DNA of 64,000 nt from the human T2T-CHM13v2.0 reference genome, Homo sapiens. The stretch's first letter is position 1, and each line of letters begins with the position of its first letter. The position numbers and the translations under genes were made by a program. This document shows, piece after piece, positions 29,164 through 44,459 of this stretch. The DNA is taken from assembly GCF_009914755.1 (NCBI RefSeq), contig NC_060925.1; one strand, given 5' to 3'. A model generated the notes under the pieces. The model had not been told where the DNA came from. It did not search any database and saw nothing but the letters and a program-made list of their open reading frames with translations.

Positions 29164-30226
29164 ATGGAATCGTCATCGAATGAATTGAATGCAATCATCG
29201 AATGGTCTCGAATGGAATCATCTTCTAATGGAAAGGAATGGAATCATCGCATAGAATCGAATGGAATTATCATCGAATGGAATCGAATGGTATCAACACC
29301 AAACGGAAAAAAACGGAATTATCGAATGGAATCGAAGAGAATCTTCGAACGGACCTGAATGGAATCATCTAATGGAATGGAATGGAATAATCCATGGACT
29401 CGAATGCAATCATCATCGAATGGAATCGAATGGAATCATCGAATGGACTCGAATGGAATAATCATTGAACGGAATCGAATGGAATCATCATCGGATGGAA
29501 ACGAATGGAATCATCATCGAATGGAAATGAAAGGAGTCATCATCTAATGGAATTGCATGGAATCATCATAAAATGGAATCGAATGGAATCAACATCAAAT
29601 GGAATCAAATGGAATCATTGAACGGAATTGAATGGAATCGTCATCGAATGAATTGACTGCAATCATCGAATGGTCTCGAATGGAATCATCTTCAAATGGA
29701 ATGGAATGGAATCATCGCATAGAATCGAATGGAAGTATCATCGAATGGAATCGAGTGGAATCAACATTAAACGGAAAAAAACGGAATTATCGAATGGAAT
29801 CGAAGAGAATCATCGAATGGACCCGAATGGAATCATGTAATGGAATGGAATGGAATAATCCATGGACTCGAATGCAATCATCATCGAATGGAATCGAATG
29901 GAATCATCGAATGAACTCGAATGGAATCATCATTGAATGGAATCGAATGGAATCATCGAGTGGAATCGAATGGAATTATGATCAAATGGAATCGAATGTA
30001 ATCATCATCAAATGGAATCAAAAATAACCATCATCAATTGGTATTGAATGGAATTGTCATCAAAAGGAATTCAAAGGAATCATCATCAAATGGAACCGAA
30101 TGGAATCCTCATTGAATGGAAATGAATGGGGTCATCATCTAACGGAATCGCATGGAATCATCATCAAATGGAATCGAATGGAATCATCATCAAATGGAAT
30201 CTAATGGAATCATTGAACAGAATTGA
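29164..30226 (+). repeat. 1,063-bp deletion-variant unit, haplotype I
   Basis: Junction at 29910; ACCTGAATG, AAGTATC, AAAAGGAATTC and TGAATGGGG shared with the 142 unit. Confidence 0.9.
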
Positions 30227-31681
30227 ATGGAATCGTCATCGAATGAATTGAATGCAATCATCGAATGGTCTCGAATGGAATCATCTTCTAATGGAAAGGA
30301 ATGGAATCATCGCATAGAATCGAATGGAATTAACATTGAATGGACTCGAATGGAATCAACATCAAACGGAATCAAGCGGAATTATCGAATGGAATCGAAG
30401 AGAATCATCGAATGGACTCGAATGGAATCATCTTCTAATGGAAAGGAATGGAATCATCGCATAGAATCGAATGGAATTATCATCGAATGGAATCGAATGG
30501 TATCAACACCAAACGGAAAAAAACGGAATTATCGAATGGAATCGAAGAGAATCTTCGAACGGACCCGAATGGAATCATCTAATGGAATGGAATGGAATAA
30601 TCCATGTACTCGAATGCAATCATCATCGAATGGAATCGAATGGAATCATCGAATGGACTCGAATGGAATAATCATTGAACGGAATCGAATGGAATCATCA
30701 TCGGATGGAAATGAATGGAATCATCATCGAATGGAATCGAATAGAATTATGGAATGAAATCCAGTGTGATCATCATCGAATGGACCCGAATGGAATCATC
30801 ATCCAACGGAAGCTAATGGAATCAACATCGAATGAATCGAATGGAAACACCATCGAATTGAAACGAATGGAATTATCATGAAATTGAAATGGATGGACTC
30901 ATCATCGAATGGATTCGAATGGAATCATCGAATAAAATTGATTGAAATCATCATCAAATGGAATCGAATGGTATCATTGAATGGAATCGAATGGAATCAT
31001 CATCAGATGGAAATGAATGGAATCGTCATAGAATGGAATCGAATGGATTCATTGAATGGAATCAGATGGAATCATCGAATGGACTGGGATGGAATCATTG
31101 AATGGACTCGAAAGGGATCATTATTGAATGGAATTGAATGGAATCATCGAATGGTCTCGATTGGAATCATTATCAAATGGAATCGAATGGAATCACCGAA
31201 TAGAATCGAATGGAACAATCATCGAATGGACTCAAATGGAATTATCCTCAAATGGAATCGAATGGAATTATCGAATGCAATCGAATGGAATTATCGAATG
31301 CAATCGAATAGAATCATCGAATGGACTCGAATGGAATCATCGAATGGAATGGAATGGAACAGTCAATGAACTCGAATGGAATCATCATTGAATGGAATCG
31401 AATGGAATCATCGAGTGGAATCGAATGGAATTATGATCAAATGGAATCGAATGTAATCATCATCAAATGGAATCAAAAATAACCATCATCAATTGGTATT
31501 GAATGGAATTGTCATCAAATGGAATTCAAAGGAATCATCATCAAGTGGAACCGAATGGAATCCTCATTGAATGGAAATGAAAGGGGTCATCATCTAATGG
31601 AATCGCATGGAATCATCATCAAATGGAATCGAATGGAATCATCATCAAATGGAATCTAATGGAATCATTGAACAGAATTGA
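30227..31681 (+). repeat. 1,455-bp variant unit (second copy)
   Basis: Spacing 30227 to 31682; 147-bp segment at about 30275-30421. Confidence 0.9.
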
Positions 31682-34600
31682 ATGGAATCGTCATCGAATG
31701 AATTGAATGCAATCATCGAATGGTCTCGAATGGAATCATCTTCTAATGGAAAGGAATGGAATCATCGCATAGAATCGAATGGAATTATCATCGAATGGAA
31801 TCGAATGGTATCAACACCAAACGGAAAAAAACGGAATTATCGAATGGAATCGAAGAGAATCTTCGAACGGACCCGAATGGAATCATCTAATGGAATGGAA
31901 TGGAATAATCCATGGACTCGAATGCAATCATCATCGAATGGAATCGAATGGAGTCATCGAATGGACTCGAATGGAATAATCATTGAACGGAATCGAATGG
32001 AATCATCATCGGATGGAAACGAATGGAATCATCATCGAATGGAAATGAAAGGAGTCATCATCTAATGGAATTGCATGGAATCATCATAAAATGGAATCGA
32101 ATGGAATCAACATCAAATGGAATCAAATGGAATCATTGAACGGAATTGAATGGAATCGTCATCGAATGAATTGACTGCAATCATCGAATGGTCTCGAATG
32201 GAATCATCTTCAAATGGAATGGAATGGAATCATCGCATAGAATCGAATGGAATTATCATCGAATGGAATCGAATGGAATCAACATCAAACGGAAAAAAAC
32301 AGAATTATCGTATGGAATCTAAGAGAATCATCGAATGGACCCGAATGGAATCATCTAATGGAATGGAATGGAATAATCCATGGACTCGAATGCAATCATC
32401 ATCGAATGGAATCGAATGGAATCATCGAATGGACTCGAATGGAATAATCATTGAACGGAATAGAATGGAATCATCATCGGATGGAAATGAATGGAATCAT
32501 CATCGAATGGAATCGAATAGAATTATGGAATGAAATCCAGTGTGATCATCATCGAATGGACCCGAATGGAATCATCATCCAACGGAAGCTAATGGAATCA
32601 ACATCGAATGAATCGAATGGAAACACCATCGAATTGAAACGAATGGAATTATCATGAAATTGAAATGGATGGACACATCATCGAATGGATTCGAATGGAA
32701 TCATCGAAGAAAATTGATTGAAATCATCATCAAATGGAATCGAATGGTATCATTGAAAGGAATCGAATGGAATCATCATCAGATGGAAATGAATGGAATC
32801 GTCATAGAATGGAATCGAATGGATTCATTGAATGGAATCAGATGGAATCATCGAATGGACTGGAATGGAATCATTGAATGGACACGAAAGGGATCATTAT
32901 TGAATGGAATTGAATGGAATCATCGAATGTTCTCGATTGGAATCATTATCAAATGGAATCGAATGGAATCACCGAATAGAATCGAATGGAACAATCATGG
33001 AATGGACTCAAATGGAATTATCCTCAAATGGAATCGAATGGAATTATCGAATGCAATCGAATGGAATTATCGAATGCAATCGAATAGAATCATCGAATGG
33101 ACTCGAATGGAATCATCGAATGGAATGGAATGGAACAGTCAATGAACTCGAATGGAATCATCATTGAATGGAATCGAATGGAATCATCGAGTGGAATCGA
33201 ATGGAATTATGATCAAATGGAATCGAATGTAATCATCATCAAATGGAATCAAAAATAACCATCATCAATTGGTATTGAATGGAATTGTCATCAAATGGAA
33301 TTCAAAGGAATCATCATCAAGTGGAACCGAATGGAATCCTCATTGAATGGAAATGAAAGGGGTCATCATCTAATGGAATCGCATGGAATCATCATCAAAT
33401 GGAATCGAATGGAATCATCATCAAATGGAATCTAATGGAATCATTGAACAGAATTGAATGGAATCGTCATCGAATGAATTGAATGCAATCATCGAATGGT
33501 CTCGAATGGAATCATCTTCTAATGGAAAGGAATGGAATCATCGCATAGAATCGAATGGAATTATCATCGAATGGAATCGAATGGTATCAACACCAAACGG
33601 AAAAAAACGGAATTATCGAATGGAATCGAAGAGAATCTTCGAACGGACCCGAATGGAATCATCTAATGGAATGGAATGGAATAATCCATGGACTCGAATG
33701 CAATCATCATCTAATGGAATCGAATGGAGTCATCGAATGGACTCGAATGGAATAATGATTGAACGGAATCGAATGGAATCATCATCGGATGGAAACGAAT
33801 GGAATCATCATCGAATGGAAATGAAAGGAGTCATCATCTAATGGAATTGCATGGAATCATCATAAAATGGAATCGAATGGAATCAACATCAAATGGAATC
33901 AAATGGAATCATTGAACGGAATTGAATGGAATCGTCATCGAATGAATTGACTGCAATCATCGAATGGTCTCGAATGGAATCATCTTCAAATGGAATGGAA
34001 TGGAATCATCGCATAGAATCGAATGGAATTATCATCGAATGGAATCGAATGGAATCAACATCAAACGGAAAAAAACAGAATTATCGTATGGAATCTAAGA
34101 GAATCATCGAATGGACCCGAATGGAATCATCTAATGGAATGGAATGGAATAATCCATGGACTCGAATGCAATCATCATCGAATGGAATCGAATGGAATCA
34201 TCGAATGGACTCGAATGGAATAATCATTGAACGGAATAGAATGGAATCATCATCGGATGGAAATGAATGGAATCATCATCGAATGGAATCGAATACAATT
34301 ATGGAAGGAAATCCAGTGTGATCATCATCGAATGGACCCGAATGGAATCATCATCCAACGGAAGCTAATGGAATCAACATCGAATGAATCGAATGGAAAC
34401 ACCATCGAATTGAAACGAATGGAATTATCATGAAATTGAAATGGATGGACTCATCATCGAATGGATTCGAATGGAATCATCGAATAAAATTGATTGAAAT
34501 CATCATCGAATGGAATCGAATGGTATCATTGAATGGAATCGAATGGAATCATCATCAGATGGAAATGAATGGAATCGTCATAGAATGGAATCGAATGGAT

Positions 34601-37600
34601 TCATTGAATGGAATCAGATGGAATCATCGAATGGACTGGAATGGAATCATTGAATGGACTCGAAAGGGATCATTATTGAATGGAATTGAATGGAATCATC
34701 GAATGGTCTCGATTGGAATCATTACCAAATGGAATCGAATGGAATCACCGAATAGAATCGAATGGAACAATCATCGAATGGACTCAAATGGAATTATCTT
34801 CAAATGGAATCGAATGGAATTATCGAATGCAATCGAATGGAATTATCGAATGCAATCGAATAGAATCATCGAAAGGACTCGAATGGAATCATCGAATGGA
34901 ATGGAATGGAACAGTCAATGAACTCGAATGGAATCATCATTGAATGGAATCGAATGGAATCATCGAGTGGAATTGAATGGAATTATGATCAAATGGAATC
35001 GAATGTAATCATCATCAAATGGAATCAAAAATAACCATCATCAATTGGTATTGAATGGAATTGTCATCAAATGGAATTCAAAGGAATCATCATCAAATGG
35101 AACCGAATGGAATCCTCATTGAATGGAAATGAAAGGGGTCATCATCTAATGGAATCGCATGGAATCATCATCAAATGGAATCGAATGGAATCATCATCAA
35201 ATGGAATCTAATGGAATCATTGAACAGAATTGAATGGAATCGTCATCGAATGAATTGAATGCAATCATCGAATGGTCTCGAATGGAATCATCTTCTAATG
35301 GAAAGGAATGGAATCATCGCATAGAATCGAATGGAATTATCATCGAATGGAATCGAATGGTATCAACACCAAACGGAAAAAAACGGAATTATCGAATGGA
35401 ATCGAAGAGAATCTTCGAACGGACCCGAATGGAATCATCTAATGGAATGGAATGGAATAATCCATGGACTCGAATGCAATCATCATCTAATGGAATCGAA
35501 TGGAGTCATCGAATGGACTCGAATGGAATAATCATTGAACGGAATCGAATGGAATCATCATCGGATGGAAACGAATGGAATCATCATCGAATGGAAATGA
35601 AAGGAGTCATCATCTAATGGAATTGCATGGAATCATCATAAAATGGAATCGAATGGAATCAACATCAAATGGAATCAAATGGAATCATTGAACGGAATTG
35701 AATGGAATCGTCATCGAATGAATTGACTGCAATCATCGAATGGTCTCGAATGGAATCATCTTCAAATGGAATGGAATGGAATCATCGCATAGAATCGAAT
35801 GGAATTATCATCGAATGGAATCGAATGGAATCAACATCAAACGGAAAAAAACGGAATTATCGAATGGAATCGAAGAGAATCATCGAATGGACCCGAATGG
35901 AATCATCTAATGGAATGGAATGGAATAATCCATGGACTCGAATGCAATCATCATCGAATGGAATCGAATGGAATCATCGAATGGACTCGAATGGAATAAT
36001 CATTGAACGGAATCGAATGGAATCATCATCGGATGGAAATGAATGGAATCATCATCGAATGGAATCGAATAGAATTATGGAATGAAATCCAGCGTGATCA
36101 TCATCGAATGGACCCGAATGGAATCATCATCCAACGGAAGCTAATGGAATCAACATCGAATGAATCGAATGGAAACACCATCGAATTGAAACGAATGGAA
36201 TTATAATGAAATTGAAATGGATGGACTCATCATCGAATGGATTCGAATGGAATCATCGAATAAAATTGATTGAAATCATCATCCAATGGAATCGAATGGT
36301 ATCATTGAATGGAATCGAATGGAATCATCATCAGATGGAAATGAATGGAATCGTCATAGAATGGAATCGAATGGATTCATTGAATGGAATCAGATGGAAT
36401 CATCGAATGGACTGGAATGGAATCATTGAATGGACTCGAAAGGGATCATGATTGAATGGAATTGAATGGAATCATCGAATGGTCTCGATTGGAATCATTA
36501 TCAAATGGAATCGAATGGAATCACCGAATAGAATCGAATGGAACAATCATCGAATGGACTCAAATGGAATTATCCTCCAATGGAATCGAATGGAATTATC
36601 GAATGCAATCGAATGGAATTATCGAATGCAATCGAATAGAATCATCGAATGGACTCGAATGGAATCATCGAATGGAATGGAATGGAACAGTCAATGAACT
36701 CGAATGGAATCATCATTGAATGGAATCGAATGGAATCATCGAGTGGAATCGAATGGAATTATGATCAAATGGAATCGAATGTAATCATCATCAAATGGAA
36801 TCAAAAATAACCATCATCAATTGGTATTGAATGGAATTGTCATCAAATGGAATTCAAAGGAATCATCATCAAATGGAACCGAATGGAATCCTCATTGAAT
36901 GGAAATGAAAGGGGTCATCATCTAATGGAATCGCATGGAATCATCATCAAATGGAATCGAATGGAATCATCATCAAATGGAATCTAATGGAATCATTGAA
37001 CAGAATTGAATGGAATCGTCATCGAATGAATTGAATGCAATCATCGAATGGTCTCGAATGGAATCATCTTCTAATGGAAAGGAATGGAAGCAACGCATAG
37101 AATCGAATGGAATTATCATCGAATGGAATCGAATGGTATCAACACCAAACGGAAAAAAACGGAATTATCGAATGGAATCGAAGAGAATCTTCGAACGGAC
37201 CCGAATGGAATCATCTAATGGAATGGAATGGAATAATCCATGGACTCGAATGCAATCATCATCGAATGGAATCGAATGGAATCATCGAATGGACTTGAAT
37301 GGAATAATCATTGAACGGAATCGATTGGAATCATCATCGGATGGAAACGAATGGAATCATCATCGAATGGAAATGAAAGGAGTCATCATCTAATGGAATT
37401 GCATGGAATCATCATAAAATGGAATCGAATGGAATCAACATCAAATGGAATCAAATGGAATCATTGAACGGAATTGAATGGAATCGTCATCGAATGAATT
37501 GACTGCAATCATCCAATGGTCTCGAATGGAATCATCTTCAAGTGGAATGGAATGGAATCATCGCATAGAATCGAATGGAATTATCATCGAATGGAATCGA

Positions 37601-40561
37601 ATGGAATCAACATCCAACGGAAAAAAACGGAATTATCGAATGGAATCGAAGAGAATCATCGAATGGACCCGAATGGAATCATCTAATGGAATGGAATGGA
37701 ATAATCCATGGACTCGAATGCAATCATCATCGAATGGAATCGAATGGAATCATCGAATGGACTCGAATGGAATAATCATTGAACGGAATAGAATGGAATC
37801 ATCATCGGATGGAAATGAATGGAATCATCATCGAATGGAATCGAATAGAATTATGGAATGAAATCCAGTGTGATCATCATCGAATGGACCCGAATGGAAT
37901 CATCATCCAACGGAAGCTAATGGAATCAACATCGAATGAATCAAATGGAAACACCATCGAATTGAAACGAATGGAATTATCATGAAATTGAAATGGATGG
38001 ACTCATCATCGAATGGATTCGAATGGAATCATCGAATAAAATTGATTGAAATCATCATCGAATGGAATCGAATGGTATCATTGAATGGAATCGAATGGAA
38101 TCATCATCAGATGGAAATGAATGGAATCGTCATAGAATGGAATCGAATGGATTCATTGAATTGAATCAGATGGAATCATCGAATGGACTGGAATGGAATC
38201 ATTGAATGGACTCGAAAGGGATCATGATTGAATGGAATTGAATGGAATCATCGAATGGTCTCGATTGGAATCATTATCAAATGGAATCGAATGGAATCAC
38301 CGAATAGAATCGAATGGAACAATCATCGAATGGACTCAAATGGAATTATCCTCAAATGGAATCGAATGGAATTATCGAATGCAATCGAATGGAATTATCG
38401 ATTGCAATCGAATAGAATCATCGAATGGACTCGAATGGAATCATCGAATGGAATGGAATGGAACAGTCAATGAACTCGAATGGAATCATCATTGAATGGA
38501 ATCGAATGGAATCATCGAGTGGAATCGAATGGAATTATGATCAAATGGAATCGAATGTAATCATCATCAAATGGAATCAAAAATAACCATCATCAATTGG
38601 TATTGAATGGAATTGTCATCAAATGGAATTCAAAGGAATCATCATCAAATGGAACCGAATGGAATCCTCATTGAATGGAAATGAAAGGGGTCATCATCTA
38701 ATGGAATCGCATGGAATCATCATCTAATGGAATCGAATGGAATCATCATCAAATGGAATCTAATGGAATCATTGAACAGAATGGAATGGAATCATCATCG
38801 AATGAATTGAATGCAATCATCGAATGGTCTCGAATGGAATCATCTTCTAATGGAAAGGAATGGAATCATCGCATAGAATCGAATGGAATTATCATCGAAT
38901 GGAATCGAATGGTATCAACACCAAACGGAAAAAAACGGAATTATCGAATGGAATCGAAGAGAATCTTCGAACGGACCCGAATGGAATCATCTAATGGAAT
39001 GGAATGGAATAATCCATGGACTCGAATGCAATCATCATCGAATGGAATCGAATGGAATCATCGAATGGACTCGAATGGAATAATCATTGAACGGAATCGA
39101 ATGGAATCATCATCGGATGGAAACGAATGGAATCATCATCGAATGGAAATGAAAGGAGTCATCATCTAATGGAATTGCATGGAATCATCATAAAATGGAA
39201 TCGAATGGAATCAACATCAAATGGAATCAAATGGAATCATTGAACGGAATTGAATGGAATCGTCATCGAATGAATTGACTGCAATCATCCAATGGTCTCG
39301 AATGGAATCATCTTCAAATGGAATGGAATGGAATCATCGCATAGAATCGAATGGAATTATCATCGAATGGAATCGAATGGAATCAACATCAAACGGAAAA
39401 AAACGGAATTATCGAATGGAATCGAAGAGAATCATCGAATGGACCCGAATGGAATCATCTAATGGAATGGAATGGAATAATCCATGGACTCGAATGCAAT
39501 CATCATCGAATGGAATCGAATGGAATCATCGAATGGACTCGAATGGAATAATCATTGAACGGAATCGAATGGAATCATCATCGGATGGAAATGAATGGAA
39601 TCATCATCGAATGGAATCGAATAGAATTATGGAATGAAATCCAGTGTGATCATCATCGAATGGACCCGAATGGAATCATCATCCAACGGAAGCTAATGGA
39701 ATCAACATCGAATGAATCAAATGGAAACACCATCGAATTGAAACGAATGGAATTATCATGAAATTGAAATGGATGGACTCATCATCGAATGGATTCGAAT
39801 GGAATCATCGAATAAAATTGATTGAAATCATCATCGAATGGAATCGAATGGTATCATTGAATGGAATCGAATGGAATCATCATCAGATGGAAATGAATGG
39901 AATCGTCATAGAATGGAATCGAATGGATTCATTGAATGGAATCAGATGGAATCATCGAATGGACTGGAATGGAATCATTGAATGGACTCGAAAGGGATCA
40001 TGATTGAATGGAATTGAATGGAATCATCGAATGGTCTCGATTGGAATCATTATCAAATGGAATCGAATGGAATCACCGAATAGAATCGAATGGAACAATC
40101 ATCGAATGGACTCAAATGGAATTATCCTCAAATGGAATCGAATGGAATTATCGAATGCAATCGAATGGAATTATCGAATGCAATCGAATAGAATCATCGA
40201 ATGGACTCGAATGGAATCATCGAATGGAATGGAATGGAACAGTCAATGAACTCGAATGGAATCATCATTGAATGGAATCGAATGGAATCATCGAGTGGAA
40301 TCGAATGGAATTATGATCAAATGGAATCGAATGTAATCATCATCAAATGGAATCAAAAATAACCATCATCAATTGGTATTGAATGGAATTGTCATCAAAT
40401 GGAATTCAAAGGAATCATCATCAAATGGAACCGAATGGAATCCTCATTGAATGGAAATGAAAGGGGTCATCATCTAATGGAATCGCATGGAATCATCATC
40501 AAATGGAATCGAATGGAATCATCATCAAATGGAATCTAATGGAATCATTGAACAGAATTGA

Positions 40562-41624
40562 ATGGAATCGTCATCGAATGAATTGAATGCAATCATCGAA
40601 TGGTCTCGAATGGAATCATCTTCTAATGGAAAGGAATGGAATCATCGCATAGAATCGAATGGAATTATCATCGAATGGAATCGAATGGTATCAACACCAA
40701 ACGGAAAAAAACGGAATTATCGAATGGAATCGAAGAGAATCTTCGAACGGACCCGAATGGAATCATCTAATGGAATGGAATGGAATAATCCATGGACTCG
40801 AATGCAATCATCATCGAATGGAATCGAATGGAATCATCGAATGGACTCGAATGGAATAATCATTGAACGGAATCGAATGGAATCATCATCGGATGGAAAC
40901 GAATGGAATCAACATCGAATTGAAATGAAAGGAGTCATCATCTAATGGAATTGCATGGAATCATCATAAAATGGAATCGAATGGAATCAACATCAAATGG
41001 AATCAAATGGAATCATTGAACGGAATTGAATGGAATCGTCATCGAATGAATTGACTGCAATCATCGAATGGTCTCCAATGGAATCATCTTCAAATGGAAT
41101 GGAATGGAATCATCGCATAGAATCGAATGGAATTATCATCGAATGGAATCGAATGGAATCAACATCAAACGGAAAAAAACGGAATTATCGAATGGAATCG
41201 AAGAGAATCATCGAATGGACCCAAATGGAATCATCTAATGGAATGGAATGGAATAATCCATGGACTCGAATGCAATCATCATCGAATGGAATCGAATGGA
41301 ATCATCGAATGAACTCGAATGGAATCATCATTGAATGGAATCGAATGGAATCATCGAGTGGAATCGAATGGAATTATGATCAAATGGAATCGAATGTAAT
41401 CATCATCAAATTTAATCAAAAATAACCATCATCAATTGGTATTGAATGGAATTGTCATCAAATGGAATTCAAAGGAATCATCATCAAATGGAACCGAATG
41501 GAATCCTCATTGAATGGAAATGAAAGGGGTCATCATCTAATGGAATCGCATGGAATCATCATCAAATGGAATCGAATGGAATCATCATCAAATGGAATCT
41601 AATGGAATCATTGAACAGAATTGA
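40562..41624 (+). repeat. 1,063-bp deletion-variant unit, haplotype II
   Basis: Junction at 41308; same markers as the 21710 and 26325 units. Confidence 0.9.
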
Positions 41625-43400
41625 ATGGAATCGTCATCGAATGAATTGAATGCAATCATCGAATGGTCTCGAATGGAATCATCTTCTAATGGAAAGGAAT
41701 GGAATCATCGCATAGAATCGAATGGAATTATCATCGAATGGAATCGAATGGTATCAACACCAAACGGAAAAAAACGGAATTATCGAATGGAATCGAAGAG
41801 AATCTTCGAACGGACCCGAATGGAATCATCTAATGGAATGGAATGGAATAATCCATGGACTCGAATGCAATCATCATCGAATGGAATCGAATGGAATCAT
41901 CGAATGGACTCGAATGGAATAATCATTGAACGGAATCGAATGGAATCATCATCGGATGGAAACGAATGGAATCATCATCGAATGGAAATGAAAGGAGTCA
42001 TCATCTAATGGAAATGCATGGAATCATCATAAAATGGAATCGAATGGAATCAACATCAAATGGAATCAAATGGAATCATTGAACGGAATTGAATGGAATC
42101 GTCATCGAATGAATTGAATGCAATCATCGAATGGTCTCGAATGGAATCATCTTCAAATGGAATGGAATGGAATCATCGCATAGAATCGAATGGAATTATC
42201 ATCGAATGGAATCGAATGGAATCAACATCAAACGGAAAAAAACGGAATTATCGAATGGAATCGAAGAGAATCATCGAATGGACCCGAATGGAATCATCTA
42301 ATGGAATGGAATGGAATAATCCATGGACTCGAATGCAATCATCATCGAATGGAATCGAATGGAATCATCGAATGGACTCGAATGGAATAATCATTGAACG
42401 GAAACGAATGGAATCATCATCGGATGGAAATGAATGGAATCATCATCGAATAGAATCGAATAGAATTATGGAATGAAATCCAGTGTGATCATCATCGAAT
42501 GGACCCGAATGGAATCATCATCCAACGGAAGCTAATGGAATCAACATCGAATGAATCGAATGGAAACACCATCGAATTGAAACGAATGGAATTATCATGA
42601 AATTGAAATGGATGGACTCATCATCGAATGGATTCGAATGGAATCATCGAATAAAATTGATTGAAATCATCATCGAATGGAATCGAATGGTATCATTGAA
42701 TGGAATCGAATGGAATCATCATCAGATGGAAATGAATGGAATCGTCATAGAATGGAATCGAATGGATTCATTGAATGGAATCAGATGGAATCATCGAATG
42801 GACTGGAATGGAATCATTGAATGGACTCGAAAGGGATCATGATTGAATGGAATTTAATGGAATCATCGAATGGTCTCGATTGGAATCATTATCAAATGGA
42901 ATCGAATGGAATCACCGAATAGAATCGAATGGAACAATCATCGAATGGACTCAAATGGAATTATCCTCAAATGGAATCGAATGGAATTATCGAATGCAAT
43001 CGAATGGAATTATCGATTGCAATCGAATAGAATCATCGAATGGACTCGAATGGAATCATCGAATGGAATGGAATGGAACAGTCAATGAACTCGAATGGAA
43101 TCATCATTGAATGGAATCGAATGGAATCATCGAGTGGAATCGAATGGAATTATGATCAAATGGAATCGAATGTAATCATCATCAAATGGAATCAAAAATA
43201 ACCATCATCAATTGGTATTGAATGGAATTGTCATCAAATGGAATTCAAAGGAATCATCATCAAATGGAACCGAATGGAATCCTCATTGAATGGAAATGAA
43301 AGGGGTCATCATCTAATGGAATCGCATGGAATCATCATCAAATGGAATCGAATGGAATCATCATCAAATGGAATCTAATGGAATCATTGAACAGAATTGA

Positions 43401-44459
43401 ATGGAATGGTCATCGAATGAATTGAATGCAATCATCGAATGGTCTCGAATGGAATCATCTTCTAATGGAAAGGAATGGAATCATCGCATAGAATCGAATG
43501 GAATTATCATCGAATGGAATCGAATGGTATCAACACCAAACGGAAAAAAACGGAATTATCGAATGGAATCGAAGAGAATCTTCGAACGGACCCGAATGGA
43601 ATCATCTAATGGAATGGAATGGAATAATCCATGGACTCGAATGCAATCATCATCGAATGGAATCGAATGGAATCATCGAATGGACTCGAATGGAATAATC
43701 ATTGAACGGAATCGAATGGAATCATCATCGGATGGAAACGAATGGAATCATCATCGAATGGAAATGAAAGGAGTCATCATCTAATGGAATTGCATGGAAT
43801 CATCATAAAATGGAATCGAATGGAATCAACATCAAATGGAATCAAATGGAATCATTGAACGGAATTGAATGGAATCGTCATCGAATGAATTGACTGCAAT
43901 CATCGAATGGTCTCGGAATCATCTTCAAATGGAATGGAATGGAATCATCGCATAGAATCGAATGGAATTATCATCGAATGGAATCGAATGGAATCAACAT
44001 CAAACGGAAAAAACCGGAATTATCGAATGGAATCGAAGAGAATCATCGAATGGACCCGAATGGAATCATCTAATGGAATGGAATGGAATAATCCATGGAC
44101 TCGAATGCAATCATCATCGAATGGAATCGAATGGAATCATCGAATGAACTCGAATGGAATCATCATTGAATGGAATCGAATGGAATCATCGAGTGGAATC
44201 GAATGGAATTATGATCAAATGGAATCGAATGTAATCATCATCAAATGGAATCAAAAATAACCATCATCAATTGGTATTGAATGGAATTGTCATCAAATGG
44301 AATTCAAAGGAATCATCATCAAATGGAACCGAATGGAATCCTCATTGAATGGAAATGAAAGGTGTCATCATCTAATGGAATCGCATGGAATCATCATCAA
44401 ATGGAATCGAATGGAATCATCATCAAATGGAATCTAATGGAATCATTGAACAGAATTGA
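43401..44459 (+). repeat. 1,059-bp variant unit (713-bp deletion plus 4-bp deletion)
   Basis: Junction at 44143; TCTCGGAATC at 43911-43920 in place of TCTCGAATGGAATC. Confidence 0.9.

Larger units (their letters stand above)
29164..43400 (+). repeat. 14,237-bp nine-unit block paralogous to 142-29163
   Basis: Same order of variant-marked units as the first block once its internal duplications are removed. Confidence 0.8.
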
